Shown: positions 24,776 through 38,100 of the stretch, one piece after another
How the letters are laid out: each line of letters opens with the position of its first letter
Numbering within the stretch: the stretch's first letter is position 1
Assembly (NCBI GenBank): GCA_002633005.1
Contig: NMRA01000066.1
Coordinates: forward strand, 310,001 to 374,000
Source of the DNA: Phoronis australis
Taxonomy: Eukaryota; Animalia; Phoronida
DNA length: 64,000 nt
Direction of reading: 5' to 3'
Notes under the pieces: model-generated
What the model was told of the DNA's origin: nothing
Database searches by the model: none
Seen by the model: the letters and a program-made list of their open reading frames with translations, nothing else
Made by a program: the position numbers and the translations under genes

Positions 24776-26149
24776 CTACAATCGGAAAAGAAAACAATAC
24801 TCAGCACATACGTCTAACAGTCAAACGGTTCTATTCAATAGTCAAAGCGATCTGCTCTCCGACTGACCATACATTTTTTTTAGGATCGTTGTAAAAGTAG
24901 AAATGAAGAATCATAGCCACGAGTTACAGTGTATATGTGCAAAAAATTAAAGAGAATTCAGAGCCCCACTGACGGCAAGGAATCCAAACAAGTAATCCCT
25001 GCAATGGTAAACACAGTACAATACTCGCATACATATAACACTCAAACCGTACTGTTACGTCGTCATAGCGATCCGGCAAAAAAAAGAGTTCTTTGGAAAC
25101 AAACTCATTTCAACTTTTAGTATCGTAAATATCACAAGAAAGGGCGCCGGGTCAACCAAACCACAACCATCTTTAAAATGATATTCTCAGGAAAAAATAA
25201 TTCTTAATAATTTTACCTACCAAGCAAGAACAAGGTAGAGATCCCAGCATTTAGACGTAAAATGGCAGCCGTGCGTTCAGACTGGTTCGACCGCAGCTTT
25301 TTTCTCCCACATTTGAAGGAGCGTATCACGAGGACGAAGATTACTGAGTTCACGAATATTACTGTACACACAGGCACCATGAAGGCGAAATAGAAGAGGT
25401 CACGTGACAACCAGCAACTGAAAAAGATTATGACAGTAAGGTTCGTTCAGTGTTTTTTCGCATTCGTGACAATGAGACTTGTCACGTATGCAATCCCCCG
25501 CTTTGTATGTAGACTTACACGTATACTACCATTTTAATTCGTCATGAAGGATATAAATAGGTAAATAAAACAACAAGAATGGATCAACTGAACTTTTCGG
25601 ATGTAATTACGTCCTTTGTCAACAGAAACAGAAATAAAGTAAAATCAAACATTATATGACAATTAGTGTTTGATTTTACTTTATTTCTGTTTCTGTTGAC
25701 AAAGGACGTTATTACATCCGAAAAGTTCAGTTGATCCATTCTTGTTTTATTTACCTATTTATATTCTACATTTCGTGAAACATTAGTATCCTTCGGAGGA
25801 TCTGGATCACCTTATTTAGTTTCAGATTTATTTTCTACGTTAATTCGTCATGAGGAACACGAAATGGACATGAGTGAGAATTCTCAATTTATAATCCCGC
25901 AGCAAAGCGCGCTTTTTCCTCGTTGCACTTAATTTGTTGTGACAAAACCGTTGGCATCTGTTCAGTTGACATGCTTTCACTGCCTTAAGATAAATTGAAG
26001 TTACGGGATTTGTGTATCTATGCGAAGTACTATCTATTTAATCACCTCAGACAATTCCTCATGTCTTAAGATGCACCAGTTTATTTCGAGAACTGATTTA
26101 ATTAAATAAAACAAACTTATAATGAATGTTGCACTCGCAGTTTTCTCTG

Positions 26150-26181
<32 letters not shown>

Positions 26182-29100
26182 TGTGTGTGTTACATCCCAT
26201 AAATGTGAAAATGCGGATATTAAATGCGTCACGTTATCAACTATGAAATACGAGAAAGTAAAGCCAATCCGTATACCATGGTAGAGTCCGTTTTTCACGG
26301 TTGGTGAACAGCCTCCTTGTGGAGCAAGTTTGCATGTTTTCGTTGCATTTGAATTAGAATTTTGGCTGATTTTGTTGGCCGGGGACGCTGTTTAGCTCGA
26401 CGTATTTATGATGACCCGGATTGAAATCAGCGAGGCTTAAAAGTAACCGCCTGATCGGTGTGCGTCGGAATTTTCATCAGTAAATCTTTTCTGTTTTCAG
26501 AGCAGTAAAACTGATTTTTCAGTAATGACGTCTTGGATCAAGGTAACCCAAGGTATTCGGCCTCTGCACTTGTGTAATTGTATCGTTAAGTAACCCATTT
26601 AGTTATTCAACGCGTGTTGAATAACATTTTGGCGAGAACACGAGAGCGGATTCGAAGTCGCTTCGCTAGAATTTCAAGCCGTCGACTTAACCACTGCGTC
26701 ATTCAGCAGGTGACGTCATCGTACGTGAAAATAGAATACTTAATGAGGTCGCACAATAATCGCATGTTCGACAAACCTCAGTGTATCGACACGTACGCTG
26801 TGAAAAATCAGACGCACAATTTCAATAAAAACTACATCTTTAATTCTGTAAAATTTAGCTGTCATTTTCTTTCACTTGTAAATCATCGGTCTCCAGTTTA
26901 AATGCGTGTAACATCTTGTCGGGATCCTTTGACTTGTACATTACACTTGGTAACAAGTGAAAACCTACTTTAGCTGACGACATTTTCACTCTGAAAGCTT
27001 ACCATGATAAGATGTGTATTGAGCAAGACTTGCTGCTTAAAACATACTTTGTAGATTCACTTTATTCCTGTTGTGTTTAAATTTTCAATTGGTTTTACGT
27101 AAAAACATTTAATTCCTACATAGAAAGTAGTTAGAAGGGCAGAGAAGAGTCGAGAAAGGTAGATCGATTCACTGCAATGCTTATCGTTTAATATGTGGTA
27201 TAAATAGATTATACATGTTCTCAGTCGTTATCCCTACATAGAGCTCTCGTGGATTTTGTAGAATTAATACCCTCGGAGCTATATGTATATTTCATTGAAG
27301 ACAAGACTTTGTTCAGTTTTTACAAATTTAATTTCGGTTCTTTCAAACTCTCTAAATATAAACTTTCTATTACACAAAACTGCAATTTGCTCGGCGTTCG
27401 TTTCGTGAAGGCGAAAATTTGCGAAAGCGCGAGACATGCAAGATTTCATAAAACATCGCTATGTATTACAAGAGAGACACGTGATTACACAAGCTTCCTT
27501 AGCGAGGTTCTTGCGTCAGCGGAACTTTACCCAGGTAAACTGTCAAGCATTCAATTTGGCACAACTGTGCCATTTCGTGCCACGAATGTTGACTGACATG
27601 ATGGGCGTGGCAAAAGACAATCGGTTGACTAAGCGACCGAGGAAGAGCATGCACTGGTTATAGATATGAAGACTGTATGTCACGTAATGTGTGCTTTTAT
27701 AATTTTTATCAGACTACGTGGAAATAATTGGAAAGCTGAGGCCAAAAGAATGCAAATCTGTAGTAACGATACCTTTCACAATTCTGTATGCCTCAGTTTT
27801 TAAGTCAGCTCCCATGCTGGTTTTTGACCAAACTACTTGTAAAGTAACCGCATACATGTCCCACCGTCAACAGGATTCATAGTTACCTGTATATAAATAC
27901 TTATTCAAAAAACTAGCCGACAGTCTCATAGTGTTCCATTATGAGCACAGAAAATGTGACTTATATGTACAGTGATATGATGCCGGGCGTTTGTCGTAAT
28001 TTGTTCAGAACGCCACCTAGTGAATTTCGAGTCACTCTCTCAAATCTACATTGATAGCACTTACTTTTTACCGCCGTATAATCCAGGATTCACAGCAAGT
28101 GGTATTACTGTGAAGAGCAAGGGCACTCCTGCAAGTGAAAAAATACGAGACTGATATACTCACAAAAATACTATGTAAATTATTGGGGACAAATAAAACA
28201 AGAAGAATAATTTGTATTTTAAGTTGTATTGGGAATTTCAGGGTCACAGCTCTACAAATAAATATTTCACAGAAGGAACCAGATGGGTTCCTTAAATACA
28301 AGAGATAACACACACATTTAAATTAATTGACAAACTAGCTGTACCGGTACTTAGCATAGCCTGGTACCAATGCAAACTTTCAAGGTTTGTTTTCAACTCA
28401 CGTAACCAAAATGGCATACTTAAACTTGAGTGAATCAAGTTAGCGGCGGTGAAACTTCCTTTGAAATCGGTGTAGTCAATTCTTCTCAATATGAATCAAG
28501 CAAAAGCTTTCGAAGGTGGTGCAGCAAAATGTTCCAAGGATTAGCTATGACTTTAATGTACTTATTTTCGGCCTATATTACATTTCCAACTTCAATTCAC
28601 TTTTCAAGCCGTGAAAGGCCGACAATAAGTACATTAAAGTCATAGACAATCCTTGGAACACTATGCTGCACCACCCTCGAACCCCTTCCCCCCAAAAAAC
28701 AGGTGGCGCTTCGAAACATGACGGGTGTGTTTTAGAATTCGAGAAGCCTGCAAAAATATCAGCTCTAAAACCTAACCATGGAAGCGAACACGTTCATGCA
28801 AGGCATAAAATCTCCACTCCAGGACTCGGATATAGAGGGACTGTTCATAGAAATGTTCAAACGTACTCTCAAGGAACGGGACGAAACTGACAGTCTAAAT
28901 AGAAAGGTAAGTGAACTGGATGAACGTTTAGACGACAGCGAGCAATATTCCAGACGAAACTGCCTGGTAATACACGGTGTAGAGGAAAATAAGGGGGAGG
29001 TTACTGATGAGCTAGTAATAAACATAGCCAAGGAGTTGGAAGTTGACCTGCCCACGACGGAATTGGACCGTACCCACAGGTTGGGTGCTTTTAACAGAGA

Positions 29101-32100
29101 TGCCAGGGGTAAACCTAGACCGATCATCGCTAAGTTTATTTATCGTAACCAAGGGCGTGTCTCGATGTGAAAAATACATATCAATGAAAATCTCACAAAG
29201 AGGAAAGCTGCTATTTTTGTACAGTGTCGCAGATTAGTGAAACGGACAACCCTGTTTATGGAAATCCGTAACACCACTACAGACTACTCAAAAAGAAAGA
29301 AGAAAAAACACATCAATTATGAACGTAATTTAGAAGAAATCATTAATAGGCTGGTAAGCAAAGGCAACCCGACTGAAGGTGATCTAACAACTTTAGAAGA
29401 AAAAAGACTAATTTACAAGAATTAAGAACAGACACGTTGAAGGGCTATGTTGTCCGATCAAGAGCAAACTAGATTGAGAGTGGAGAACGCCCTACCAAAT
29501 ATTTTTGCAACTTAGAATGAAGGAACTTTTTTAGTAAGTGGATACATGCTATAGAAACAGAAGAAGGAAAAACTATTACGGATCAAAAGGAAATTTTATG
29601 GGAGACAATGATTTTTTTACAAAAACTTATATTCTTCGAGGTCTGAGAGTGAAGAAATGTTAAATAGTGTACTCGGACTTTGCCAGTTCCCGGTACTTTC
29701 GAAGTTGGAGGCAATCCAATTAGAAAATGAAATTAATATTGATGAATTATTTGAGGTTTTAAAAATACAAAAAACGAGAAAAGTCCAGCCTTGGATGGCT
29801 TTACGATGGAATTTTTGAAGTTCTTTTGGGAAGAAATAAAATATTTTGCATTGTGGCACATTAAATGTAGTTTTGAAAAAGCACAAATGTCTACAAATCA
29901 ACGGACTGCGATTATTACATATATTCCAAAACCAGACAAGCTGAAACAGTTTCTGAAAAACTGGCGACCAATAACTTTATTGAATAGTTTATACAAACTG
30001 GCTTCGGGATGCGTTTAAAAGTTCTAGACAAGCTGATTGCAAACACCCAAACTGGATTTATCATAAAATATTTTCATATATCGAATAATGTTGGCTTTGA
30101 AATTGAAATTATCCAGGACTTCGAATACAAAGTCCCAGGAAACACTATCAAAAGCCTTTTCAAAATCTATCAACACAAGTAGTCCTGAAATGTTGTGTTT
30201 GTCTGTATAATTAATAATATCATAAATTAGTCCTGTGTTCTCAACCATAAATCTTCCTTATAATAAGCCAATTGCCCGTGTCATGCAAAATGGATTTCTG
30301 TCAGATAACATCATACTGGAACACGGATGTCGATCAGGTGATCCTTTCTCCCCTTGTATTTTTATATTGTGTGCTGAAATTTTGTAGATATTGATTAAAC
30401 ATGATCCTGAAGTGAAAGGTTTTAAAATCGACGACGAAGACTTCATTATAACACAATACGCAGATGACACAACTTTCACATTAGACGGAACTCCAAGATC
30501 TTTGGCAGCATTTATGAACAACCTAGAGTTCTGTGCAGGGATGTCGGGGCTGAACACGAAAGTAGTGTGGATTGGAAGTAGAACATTCTCTCAAAAACTG
30601 TTTCACCGCACGCTTTGGAAACTAAACTGGGGTAACGTTGGTTTTAAGCTTCTGAGAATTAATTTCAGTGTGAACTTGGAAACTATGTCCAAAGATAACG
30701 TTGATGCAAAAATAATGGAAATGAAGAAGCTGATTAATATATGGTCTCGTAGAGAGCTGACTATCTTTGGAAAGGTCACAGTATAAGAAAACACTTGGGT
30801 TTCCAAAAATTATACATCTGCAAACGCTGCTCTTAGTCCCAATGATATCACTTTTGGTGATATTGAAACTTTTTAAATTCATTTGGTACGGAAAACCTGA
30901 TAAAATAAAAAGAGTACTCATTAAATCCATACAAGGGGGTGGATTGAGGATGATTGATGTCAGAAATGTAATATGTCTTTAAAAATTTCATGAATTAGAA
31001 GATTCTTTTTAACAACATCTCCATGGACTTATTCGTTGCAAAAAGACATCGGGCTTACTAGAGATGGAATATTGAGTTATGGAGACTACATGTTAACTAG
31101 ATCGGATAACTGTAACTCTTTTTGGAAAGAATGCTCTGCAGTATTGGAGCAATTCTTAGTTCGCAAACAAACTATTTCAGGTCACGAAGATGCGATGTCA
31201 ATTAATGTGTAGTCCAGCAGTAGTATTGCGGTGGAATACAGTCCTTGTATTTATGAGTCATTCGTTGAAAAAGGTATATATTTGTGAACGATTTTTAGAC
31301 TGGAATGGTAACTTCTACACCGTCCTTTGAAAGTTTCAGACGATTCATCAGATTAATGTCAGCTTTCTCAAATATTAGTCAAATGTTAGTGCAATAAAAA
31401 TATATGAATACGTTTTCCAAAAACATAAAACTAAAAACAGGTAGAAGGACCACTTGTACCTTTTTCTCTAAAAATATCAATTTGACGAAAAACAGATGTC
31501 AGACATAATACCATCGGCACAAAAGAAATTCGAAGTTTTGGGATTTACGCTATCAGAGAAGATGTGGAATTTCTACTACAAACTTCCACATGAATGTACG
31601 AATGACAAAAGCTTACTTTTGTTTTAGTTTCGCTTACTGCACAGAATTCTACCTACTAATTATTTTTTAAATAAGATTAGACATGTGGACTCAAATGCTT
31701 GTACTTTTTGTAAATACTTTCCCGAAACTCTAGAACATTTATCCTTTGAATGTGAATATGTTAACTCTTTCTGCCATGCAGTACGTCTCTAGTTAATCAC
31801 TGCAATGCAAGTAAATTTTGAAATAGACAAAACCACCATTGTATTTGGTCTTCAAAATGAACAGAATATAATTTTGAATTGGTTCCTTTTACAAACCAAA
31901 ATTTTCATTTTTAAAATGTCTTAACATTTTTTTTGAGGGAGTGTTTTAATGTAGAATTAAGTGCTTCGTTAAACACATGAAAATTTAATGAATACAAAAT
32001 ATGGAAAGATTGGAAATGAAGGGAAGCAAAGAGTTGACCAGATGCCAGAACAGAAATTTAAGTAATACTGTTTAACTTGGAAGTAATAATGAAATGTTTT

Positions 32101-35100
32101 CTCGTCATTTTTGCACAGTTCTGTACGTTGTTGTGTTGTGTTGTGTGTATCTGTATATGTACCTGTCTTTTGTAATAAATGTAAAAAATATGATCATAAT
32201 TGATGAACGTAAAGAAAGTGAAACATTGGGACGGTCCCGGACTACATGGCGAAAGAACTACCCTTCGTCCCGCAGGTAGTAAGAAAGCGCATGCCTGGTT
32301 TTGACCCCGAATATCAGGCACCCTTTCACAGGTCATGTCGGAAACCGCCGAGGAGTATGGCTGTGTAAATATTCCCAATTTCAAACCTTCAAAAGTACCG
32401 GAAATGAAAAGGGCGTCTTTAAGAAAGGGGATTCTGTTCGATTCAAAAATAATCTGACAAACGTGTTTCATCCACCACCTCCGAATTTCCTTGTCTTTGT
32501 TTGATATCGGGAAGGAGAAAACGAGAAAAACTTGACATCACGCATTCAAAGATATTTGCCAAGTTTATCCAACTTTCTCCCGCCGAAGTTTCAGCCCACG
32601 GCACAGTAGTAATACTTTGTTGACATTTTATGTAAGGATAGAGTAATGCAGCCGAGCAAACCTTGTAAAGAATACGACAACAACAAAAAACAGGTGGAAA
32701 TGCAATGTTGCAAGTTTTTTACTGATGTTGCTACATTATTGGTAAATACAGCGAGATTAAAGTGTCGCTGTGTAATCCGGGACGGCTGTATTAGTGCTTT
32801 ATGCGGTTTTTACAAAACATAACTTCGTAAATATCACGTTACCCACTATCCCACGGTGACCTATTTACCATTTCCTGTCTTTTTGCCTCACTCATTCCAC
32901 TTCATGGATGTAACCTGACTGGAATATCGACACTCGATGTCTTATTGTTTATAACTGATGATGTCTAATGAACAGACGAAACGTTGAATCGATAAGAACT
33001 TGTTCATTTGTGCGGCGATTGTCCGTTTATTGATACTATTATGGCCGAAACTGATGTCGTGTACATAACTATTACTCACCCCACGCGAGTAGATATGCCT
33101 TCTTCATAAACCCCGGTATGTATGTAGCCATCACCTTGACGAATCTAAGATACTGCAAGACCCCTTCGACCAACATCCAGGCGAAGGAGACGAGAATCAA
33201 GTAATGAAGAAGAACCGCCACAGCAATACAACCGCCTTTGTCTTTCACTTGTTCTACTCCACCTAAGAACAACACCACACTTAGCAAAAGGGCCAGTGAT
33301 AGGTTGAAGATCGTCTGCTGCGAAGGACCTTTGCCAAGTGCTCTGAAACCTCTGCCGTAACTATGTTCTGTGCAGCAGCCACTGAAGAACCTGTGTAGAA
33401 ATAGGTTTACTTTGCACAAATACTGAACCGTGAAGGTATTGATTGCATGATTCCTAACTTCTCAAGCACACGCATTAAGTGTGTTATATTCCAGCCGAAT
33501 CTCATCTCAGTGGCGTTTTTATTTGGGGAATACTCTGAACGCCCCCCTCCCCCAACTCAAAATCCTGGATCCGCCTCTGTATCTATCTAAACATACAGCG
33601 CATTACACTCTAAACTGAAAATTGACAATACTCAGCACCTGTTTCGAAATAATTTACAAATGAGATGGAGCTTTTATCATGATCAAATACCACTGTGGTC
33701 AAATCTTTGTCCAGAGTTACGGCTCCCAGTCGTTACTTCTCTCAGCTAGTAGAAGGTAGGTAGATCAAATTTCCGGTATACAACCAGGCAAAAAGATTTT
33801 CGAATTTGAAACAATAGACTGCCACCCCAGAATCTCTATTACCTAAATTTGGATTGATGAGCGAAGAAACGCCCATTGGCCATGTGCCAGGATACTCACC
33901 TGGATAGCAAGAACGTAACAATGGTGCAGAGAAGTCCCACAATGGACAATGACAGACCAGCAATGCTGATGACGGACAGAGCGAGCTTGTTACCTTCATC
34001 CATATAATTCCCATACGTCCCGTGGTTGTTGTTAGCGGTTGTACTATTTTTCCCCTGAGTCGTGTCCTCATCATGTACACCCTGACCTGGATCAATTGTT
34101 ATCCCGTTTACATCTTGACCTTTATCAACGGTTGTTCCATCTAAACCATGAATGTTGCCAACACTTGACTCATTTTCATCCTGATCTTTGCCAACACCTG
34201 TCCCGTTTACATTCTGACCTTGGTCAACACCTGTTCCGTTTACATCCTGAACATTGCCAACACTTGTACCGTTTCCGTTCTGATCTATGTCAACACCTGT
34301 CCCGTTTACATTCTGACCTTGGTCAACACCTGCTCCGTTTACATCCTGACCATTGCCAACACTTGTCCCGTTTCCGTTCTGATCTATGTCAACACCTGTC
34401 TCCTTTACATCCTGACCTTTGTCAACACTTGCCCCGTTTGCTTCTTGTTCTTCGTCATTAGGTGTAACTTGTTGATCCGGGTCTTGACCAATAGTTGACA
34501 CTTGTTCAGCCAAATCATAACCAATAGTTGTCTGATGTTCAGCCGGACCTTCGTCAGTGGGCTTGTCGTCATCACTGGGTTTGTCTGGTTCATCCTCATC
34601 ACGGTCAGCAGATGTCTCATAATAATTCTCAGCAATAAATGTACTGTGCACATCCTAAGAAGCAACAAAATGGTGTCTTTCTGTAACTGTGCAGGCATTT
34701 CTCATCAAAAACTAGAACAGCAGTCGTCCAGTTGATACAAGTGGACCGATTGCGCACAATGGACTGGAATTCTCTAGATGTATCAAACACAGTTGATGAA
34801 CCAAAGCAATTCACGTGAAAGGCTAACGCAAAGGCTATATACATGTATAGGTTATCCCATATAGGCCCACACAGGAATACTACTGCCATATCCTATCGAG
34901 AATTCATTCGTTTGGGAATGTTCCAACTAGACCAAACGCTGGCTCATGTACATGTAGGATTCATAACAACCGCGAAACACCAAAAGCTACTTGGTACGCA
35001 AGGCCATGGTTCTAACAGAAGACCGTTGTGCTACTTTCTAATTTATGGTTTTAAAAAAGCATAGGACGATTCACTAAATAATGGAAACTTTTTTCCAAAC

Positions 35101-38100
35101 TAACCACACGTAATGTTATGCGTGTCCACGTTGATGTAAACCTTTGCACACATTCTAAAAATCATTGAAAGAATTCGAAAATGAAAATTACTGGTTTTCA
35201 AACCAAACTGCATTGTTTTGATTGACGTTGGAAGGCCAATATGAATTTAGGTGTCAAATCCAACTGACAGATAAAAACATTACGCTCTTTTTCATCATCC
35301 GGGTGAAGTTTTCATACTTCAACATTATCGTAACTTAGTCTTTGTAATGTACTTCAATGCAAAATTCTGTTTGCCTAATGTTCTTACTTACCAGCAATAG
35401 CGCAAAATTTGTTAGGTGATCGCACATACAAACGTGTCGTAAACCAACAGTACCGTTGGACCAACATCCTTCTTGACTGAAGTCTCCAAGTTGGTAGTCC
35501 CAATAGCCGCACACCGTGGTGACGTTGGTAGCGTTGTCCTGTGCATAAATTACCACGGCATTTTAACGCCTTCAAACGTTTATTTTGCTGTGACGATTGG
35601 CCATGATTTAGGTAAAAAGTGTCGTCGTGAACGCGACCTTCCTTCAATACCTCTTTTCACAGCTTTGCTGTTCTTGTAACGACAGACCAATACACTGTAG
35701 ATCTATTGGTAATTCTAAATTTATGTTCGTTAATACAGAAATCCGTAAATTGTAGATTTTGTTGCTACGTCATTTTCTTTTAACATTATCCTTACCCTGA
35801 TACTCACTCTTTTAACTGGAAGAAACGACGTTGTAAGAGGATCTTCAAGATTGAGCTGCATTGCCGATCTGGTGTTAATTTTGGCCGAGATGACTTTACT
35901 GTAGGTCTCCCATTTACGAACACTTGAGTAGTTAGCGGAGATTTGGAAACGAGTTTGGAACAGTTTCCAGTTGTTGTAAAGGATGAAGCTTGTCTGCTGG
36001 CCTAATGACCACTCTGAAATAATAAACAGAGATTACCAGCGAATCGAGAGTCAATTTATTTACCAGCGGTAGTAATTCCTAATGTATAAGGCAACTTAAG
36101 GACTTGGTTACCAGCACTGCAAATATTCATTAAGGTTCTTAAAGTTCTAGAAAAATGTCGGCTTACTTTGGAACAGCATATCTCATAAATGGTTACTTGA
36201 AAAGGACTATATTAACCTTGATATGTTGGACAGCCGTGCCTTCCACAGGAAATTTGCTAAATTTATTCGTGAATTCTGGTGAACTTAAGTTGTAGACTGC
36301 AACGGTTTACCAGTTAAATTTATGATCCAAAATTTGCTGAAATTAGTGTTTACGGTTGCATGAACTTCGAGCACTTTGATCTGATAGACATTTACACTAC
36401 GCACAGTCACCAAAAATCACACCCCTCGGCCTGGCCGACATGTGCGAGTTTCTTACGAACAGTTCTCTCTTCATCAACAGTGCTCTCACAACAACGATCT
36501 TCAAAAGAAATAACTACTTTTCGAATACACTGGGGAAAATACTTAATGGCTATGAAAGCATCGAGAATATTGTCTTTGTTCCATTACCAACAAGTATCTT
36601 CAAGTTCTTTAAACTTGCATTCTTTCGATGGCGGTCAATGAATGCTATTAATACAACCCCCATTTTGGCCGATTGTTCCACATGTCTTGATGCTGCTGTT
36701 CGTCACATGATGAATTTCCGAAGTTTTACGAACAATTTAAAATGTCATCTACTTCCCTTAGTGAATAGCAGACAGCATTAGATTGATAAGGGGTTATTGC
36801 CTTCAATAGAGGACCCAGTCTGATAGGGGGTCCTGACACTCAATTCCACCAACGATTGGCTCTCGAATATGGGCACTCTTTTAACATAAAGTTATCACAG
36901 AATAGGGAAAATCCATTTCAAAAGCGGATCTTTACTAAGAATAGGATGACAAGGGCATGAAAAAGTGGCCATGGAGGCCACCAATAGACCCCCCTCCCCC
37001 AAGGACTGGGGCTCCTAAAGGTGATAAAACTTGATGTCTGAAATACAGGAAATGAGTAGCAATTGGTGCTATCACCTGAGGGCCCCTATACGACAGGTTA
37101 CCAATGTCAAAAATAGAAGAAAGAGACCAACACAGAGAGTGCACATAGAGAAATGCATTTGTCTTCCTAAATTTACATCTCTGAATCAGCAGTAAGACTA
37201 TCTATACTGAAAAATGAACCCCACCCCCGCACACGCAAAAATGTCCTGGTCAGGGTCTCCAAAGGTTAATCCTGCAGTGACAGTTGACGCAAGCTCTCGT
37301 AAATTTCTTATCTTCTGCAACCTCCGCTCTCTTATTCTCCTCGGTCCTACGCCTAAGTCTGTCACCACGATTTCGAACCCGGACTTTTATTGCAACATTG
37401 TCACATTTTAAACAAGATTAATACTAAAGAAGGTTATTGAGGCAAGTCGCAAATTGTTTAATTATGGATGAACTTGCAGCACCACCTGTCGCAATTTGGA
37501 CAAAGATGCGTGCATGCACGGAAAACGCACCTGCCAAGATTTCGTCGAGCTTCTGTCAAGATTTAGCCAAAATTAAAATTGGTTCTAGCCGATAGGAAAT
37601 GGATACTACGTTTTTTGCATTAAAATTGCATCGAATTTTGACGCTGTCCATTTCATTTTGAAAACTACCTAACGCAAGCCGGCCTTGTTCTTCTTAGTCT
37701 TGTTAAGGGAAAGAGAACTTATAGTGTTATAAATGCTTGTCTTAAACCTTACGTACCTGGAACATAAACGTAAGACGACCAGCCAACCTCCGGCGCTAGG
37801 TATTCGTACGACGTGAAAGTATTGCAGAGTTCGCAAGTTTTCAACGCTCTGTTAAAGTTGAAGCCGACGCACACTTCCGACGACATTGTGCTCTGTAGCT
37901 TGCCAGTACATTGAAACGCGCAATCACTGACATTTGTCGAAGCGACAGTAACCTTTTTACTAAAAAGTATTTTGGTATTTCTCGTCTCGTTAAATAGATG
38001 CAGTACACCTGCAAATCCAAATATAAAGTTTTAGCAAACAAGTGTAATAATTACCCTGGACTTGAGAGACGGGATTCAAACAATGATCGAAGACTCAAGT

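Noticed and set aside
26970-27000. CTGACGA...GAAA hammerhead-like core
   Set aside because: No stem II pairing or supporting stems; other CTGANGA hits (12376, 47462, 54195) also fail
34039-34498. Plus-strand His/Leu-rich repeat ORFs; CRISPR-like periodicity
   Set aside because: Antisense shadows of the coding 33-bp repeat; no unique spacers, eukaryotic context, no cas genes
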